A stretch of 64,000 nucleotides of DNA, from assembly GCA_030704615.1 (NCBI GenBank), contig CM060733.1, forward strand, positions 39,122,001-39,186,000. Reading direction: 5' to 3'. The position numbers and the translations under genes are program-made. Below, in pieces: positions 61,221 to 64,000 of the stretch (position 1 is the first letter of the stretch; every line of letters starts with the position of its first letter). This DNA comes from Takakia lepidozioides (Eukaryota > Plantae > Bryophyta). The notes beneath the pieces were generated by a model. It did not search any database. It saw nothing but the letters and a program-made list of their open reading frames with translations, and had not been told where the DNA came from.

Positions 61221-62211
61221 CACCTTGAACTGACCGCCTCTCAATTTTTGCATTGCAAAAGGATAGAAGTGGACTACCTCCATTAAGGTAATCGCGCGAA
61301 GACGGGAAGTCTTCTATGGAAGTGATAATGACCTCCCTGCAGGTAATTCACGTTTATCTCTATAACGGCTGCAATAATGAATTGCACTACATTCAATCAC
61401 GCACTAAAAATGGAACCTTGATTTTGTTGATCTAACTTACAATATTACCGCTTCCACTACGTACTTTTATTGCTTCCTGTTACGTTACGGCCTTTTATTA
61501 ATGTATATAATTACGGCGAGTGGGCCCCCCCTCTGTACCTCATTATGACGAGGCTGTACATCTTACCACACATGGATGAAACGGATGATGTCTCTGTCGA
61601 ATGGATGTCTCTGTCGACGGTCTCCGTTGCAATTCTCACATCCATCTTGAGACTGTCAAAATTTAACCTAACTCGTAAAAGTAATAACTATCAGTAGAAA
61701 ATCTCATGCAGATCTGGTGACTTTTCGGAGAAAATAAAAATAAAAATATATATTTAATATTTTCAGAATATCCGTATAAAAATATACATGTATATTTACT
61801 GGAAACTGAAATGGCGGTCACCCCCACAGCCGCCCGCAACATATAATTTTAGGGAATAAGAATATAGATTCTATTTCTTCAAAAGATGTTAATAGATGCT
61901 TCCAGATGATCGATATATCCACATATTTTATAAATGAGGCCTGCTCAGCTTACGCGCACTATCCAATGAATAGTTTAAATTACTGCGGTAAAAGTTAAAA
62001 GTAATGACGTAGTTGTGGGTGAAGGTTCCGGAGTAGACTCTAGAGTCAGGCCTTGGAAGCATCAATAAATACGAACGTCCCTCGTTGCAGGTTTCACACT
62101 CGGATCTTCAAGCTCTGGTCTGTGATTGTAGCCGTCTTGTTCTTGCTCTGCTCTGCTTTGCTTTGCTTCGTCAACACACATCTGTGCAGAGATCGTTGGG
62201 AGAGCGCAGTG

Positions 62212-63518
62212 ATGGCACCTCTCAAGATATATGGCGTTGCTTTCTCTACTTGCACTGCACGTGTATTGGCCACAATCTTTGAGAAGACAGATGGGACCGA
62301 CTACGTGATTGAGCCGGTGAACTTGGCAACGGGAGCTCACAAGCAGCCAGAGTTTCTTGCTCTGCAGGTATGTAGGATTTTGCTGTGGAGGGCCATTTTA
62401 TGTGTGATGAAGCGGTTCTTAATTAATGCGCGACATTAGGATTCCGATCTGCTTCCCGAATCCTAATGGCCGGTTGTAATGCAGATCGATTTGCATCTCA
62501 TTAGCTTCTTCTCCTATCCTGGAACGTTCTGCGGTTGTTTTCACTTGTAGTTTACTATGCCTCTGTGCCTTGTGTTGAGCGTGTGGGTTGACCATATTGA
62601 GGCTGAGACTGAGTCGTATGTTCAACTATTGTGCGCAGCCGTTTGGACAGATTCCAGTTCTGCAGGATGGTGACTTCACGATCTTTGGTAAGTCCTATGA
62701 ACCAAAGCTTCCATTCGGTTTTCAGAGTATACGGCGAGGTAGTCGTCTAGGGGATAGACTGAGCTGTAGGATGATGGTAAAGAACAGGGTACCCTCTCAG
62801 TCGTGGAGGAGTTCGGGCTGGCTTTACTCCCAGATTCGTTGTAGAAGGTGGGTATTGGTTTTGGACGTTTGCAGGTTTTGTTGTGTGGCTTACACTCGGT
62901 AATCCGCAGAATGTCATGTAGCATGTGGAAGTCATGTCTTTGCACGACTGGCTGAGTCTCGTGCTACTGAAAAGATACGGCTTAAAATGAAATTCTAAGA
63001 TTGTGAGAATCCTTGCATGATTGGCACGAGTCTTATTAAAGAATGATCGCCTCTTTGCATGATTGACAGAGTCTCGTGCCATCGCAAGATATGTTTCGGA
63101 TAAGTATGAGAGCGAGGGCACACCTTTGTTTGGGAAGACTCCTAAAGACAAGGCTCTGGTCAATCAATGGCTTGAGGTTGAAGCCCAGAATTACAACCCT
63201 CCAATCTCCACTCTTGTTTATCAGCTTGTATTTGGCCCAATGAGAGGAGCGCCAGTTGACGAGAAGGTTGTTGCGGAAAATATTACCAAGCTGGAGAAGG
63301 TTCTGGACATTTACGAAGCACACTTGGCCAAGAACAAGTACTTGGCGGGAGACTTTTTCAGTATGGCAGATCTTTCACACCTCCCCTACACTCACTATCT
63401 GGTCAACATGGCTAAGAAAGGTGAGCTGATCACCTCGAGGAAGCATGTGAATGCATGGTGGGAAGACGTTTCCTCACGCCCTGCCTGGAAGAAGGTGTTG
63501 GCCGCTGGAAAGGCTTAG
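62212..63518 (+). CDS. GSTF: Glutathione S-transferase, phi class; exons 62212-62367, 62639-62687, 63070-63518
   Basis: STCTARV, GAHKQPEFLALQ/PFGQIPVLQDGDFTIF/ESRAIARY, YLAGDFFSMADLSHLP, HVNAWWEDVSSRPAWKKV. The 49-nt second exon is typical of plant phi GSTs. Confidence 0.95.
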
Positions 63519-63874
63519 CTGACACACGTAAAGCATACGGTGGGAAGAAAGGGAGCATTGAAGCAGCATTTCAGTACTTCGCGCTGAAAAGGGCAGCTTC
63601 ATGATTAGGTGCCCAGTTGCTGGCTGAACACCATATCGGATTATGAGGCATTTAGCGTGGTTGTGTAACCGAGACTTTTGAGTACAATAAAACAACGGGC
63701 TCTAGTTCTTCGGCTGTGAATTCTCTCTCATGTCATGTTACTAGATGAGTAGGTAAGTCTGTCGTGTTCTTCGGGAAAGCACATTCTAAGGATGATTCCC
63801 CCTGCACTACTGCACCATCCTGGTCAACAGCCAAGCTGAAATTGCTGGTCGTTGACTGGTATTGAAGGGTAAAG

Positions 63875-64000
63875 TGGTCATCGTATCGGTTACGACAATT
63901 GCCTGTGTGCGTGTCGTCCCCATCTTCTGCAACAGACTGGTGAATGGTCATCGTATCGGTTACGACAATTGCCTGTGTGCGTGTCGTCCCCATCTTCTGC
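63875..64000. repeat. 70-bp tandem repeat running off the window end
   Basis: TGGTCATCGTATCGGTTACGACAATTGCCTGTGTGCGTGTCGTCCCCATCTTCTGC at 63875 and 63945. Confidence 0.85.

Overview
Eukaryotic nuclear DNA, most likely from a seed-free land plant (bryophyte-like). This is inferred from intron-containing LEA_2 and phi-class GST genes and Tcn1-like chromoviruses. Host genes: an intact LEA_2 gene (3460-5524), a PSF2/GINS2 pseudogene next to a Helitron remnant, a Pro-rich membrane protein, an uncharacterised spliced gene, and a phi-GST gene with an upstream GST pseudogene. The centre (12.4-38.4 kb) is a retrotransposon nest: a LINE abuts Gypsy A, which contains Gypsy B, which contains Gypsy C. Element C (23939-35033, 4-bp TSD ATGG) is the highlight. 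(i) Its pol carries a near-complete DNMT3-like cytosine-5 methyltransferase between protease and RT, plus a PHD finger after the integrase. (ii) Its terminal repeats are permuted (B-body-PPT-A-GC-B-A). This is the structure expected if a 2-LTR circle were opened and integrated at an internal CA-GC-TG palindrome in the LTR. (iii) Its candidate primer site is a structured, self-complementary RNA element. (iv) Two internal inversions flip gag and the PHD finger. The rest of the window holds LINE fragments, tRNA-derived SINEs, a hAT-like MITE and a piggyBac-like MITE with a TTAA TSD. All calls are by eye; no searches were run.
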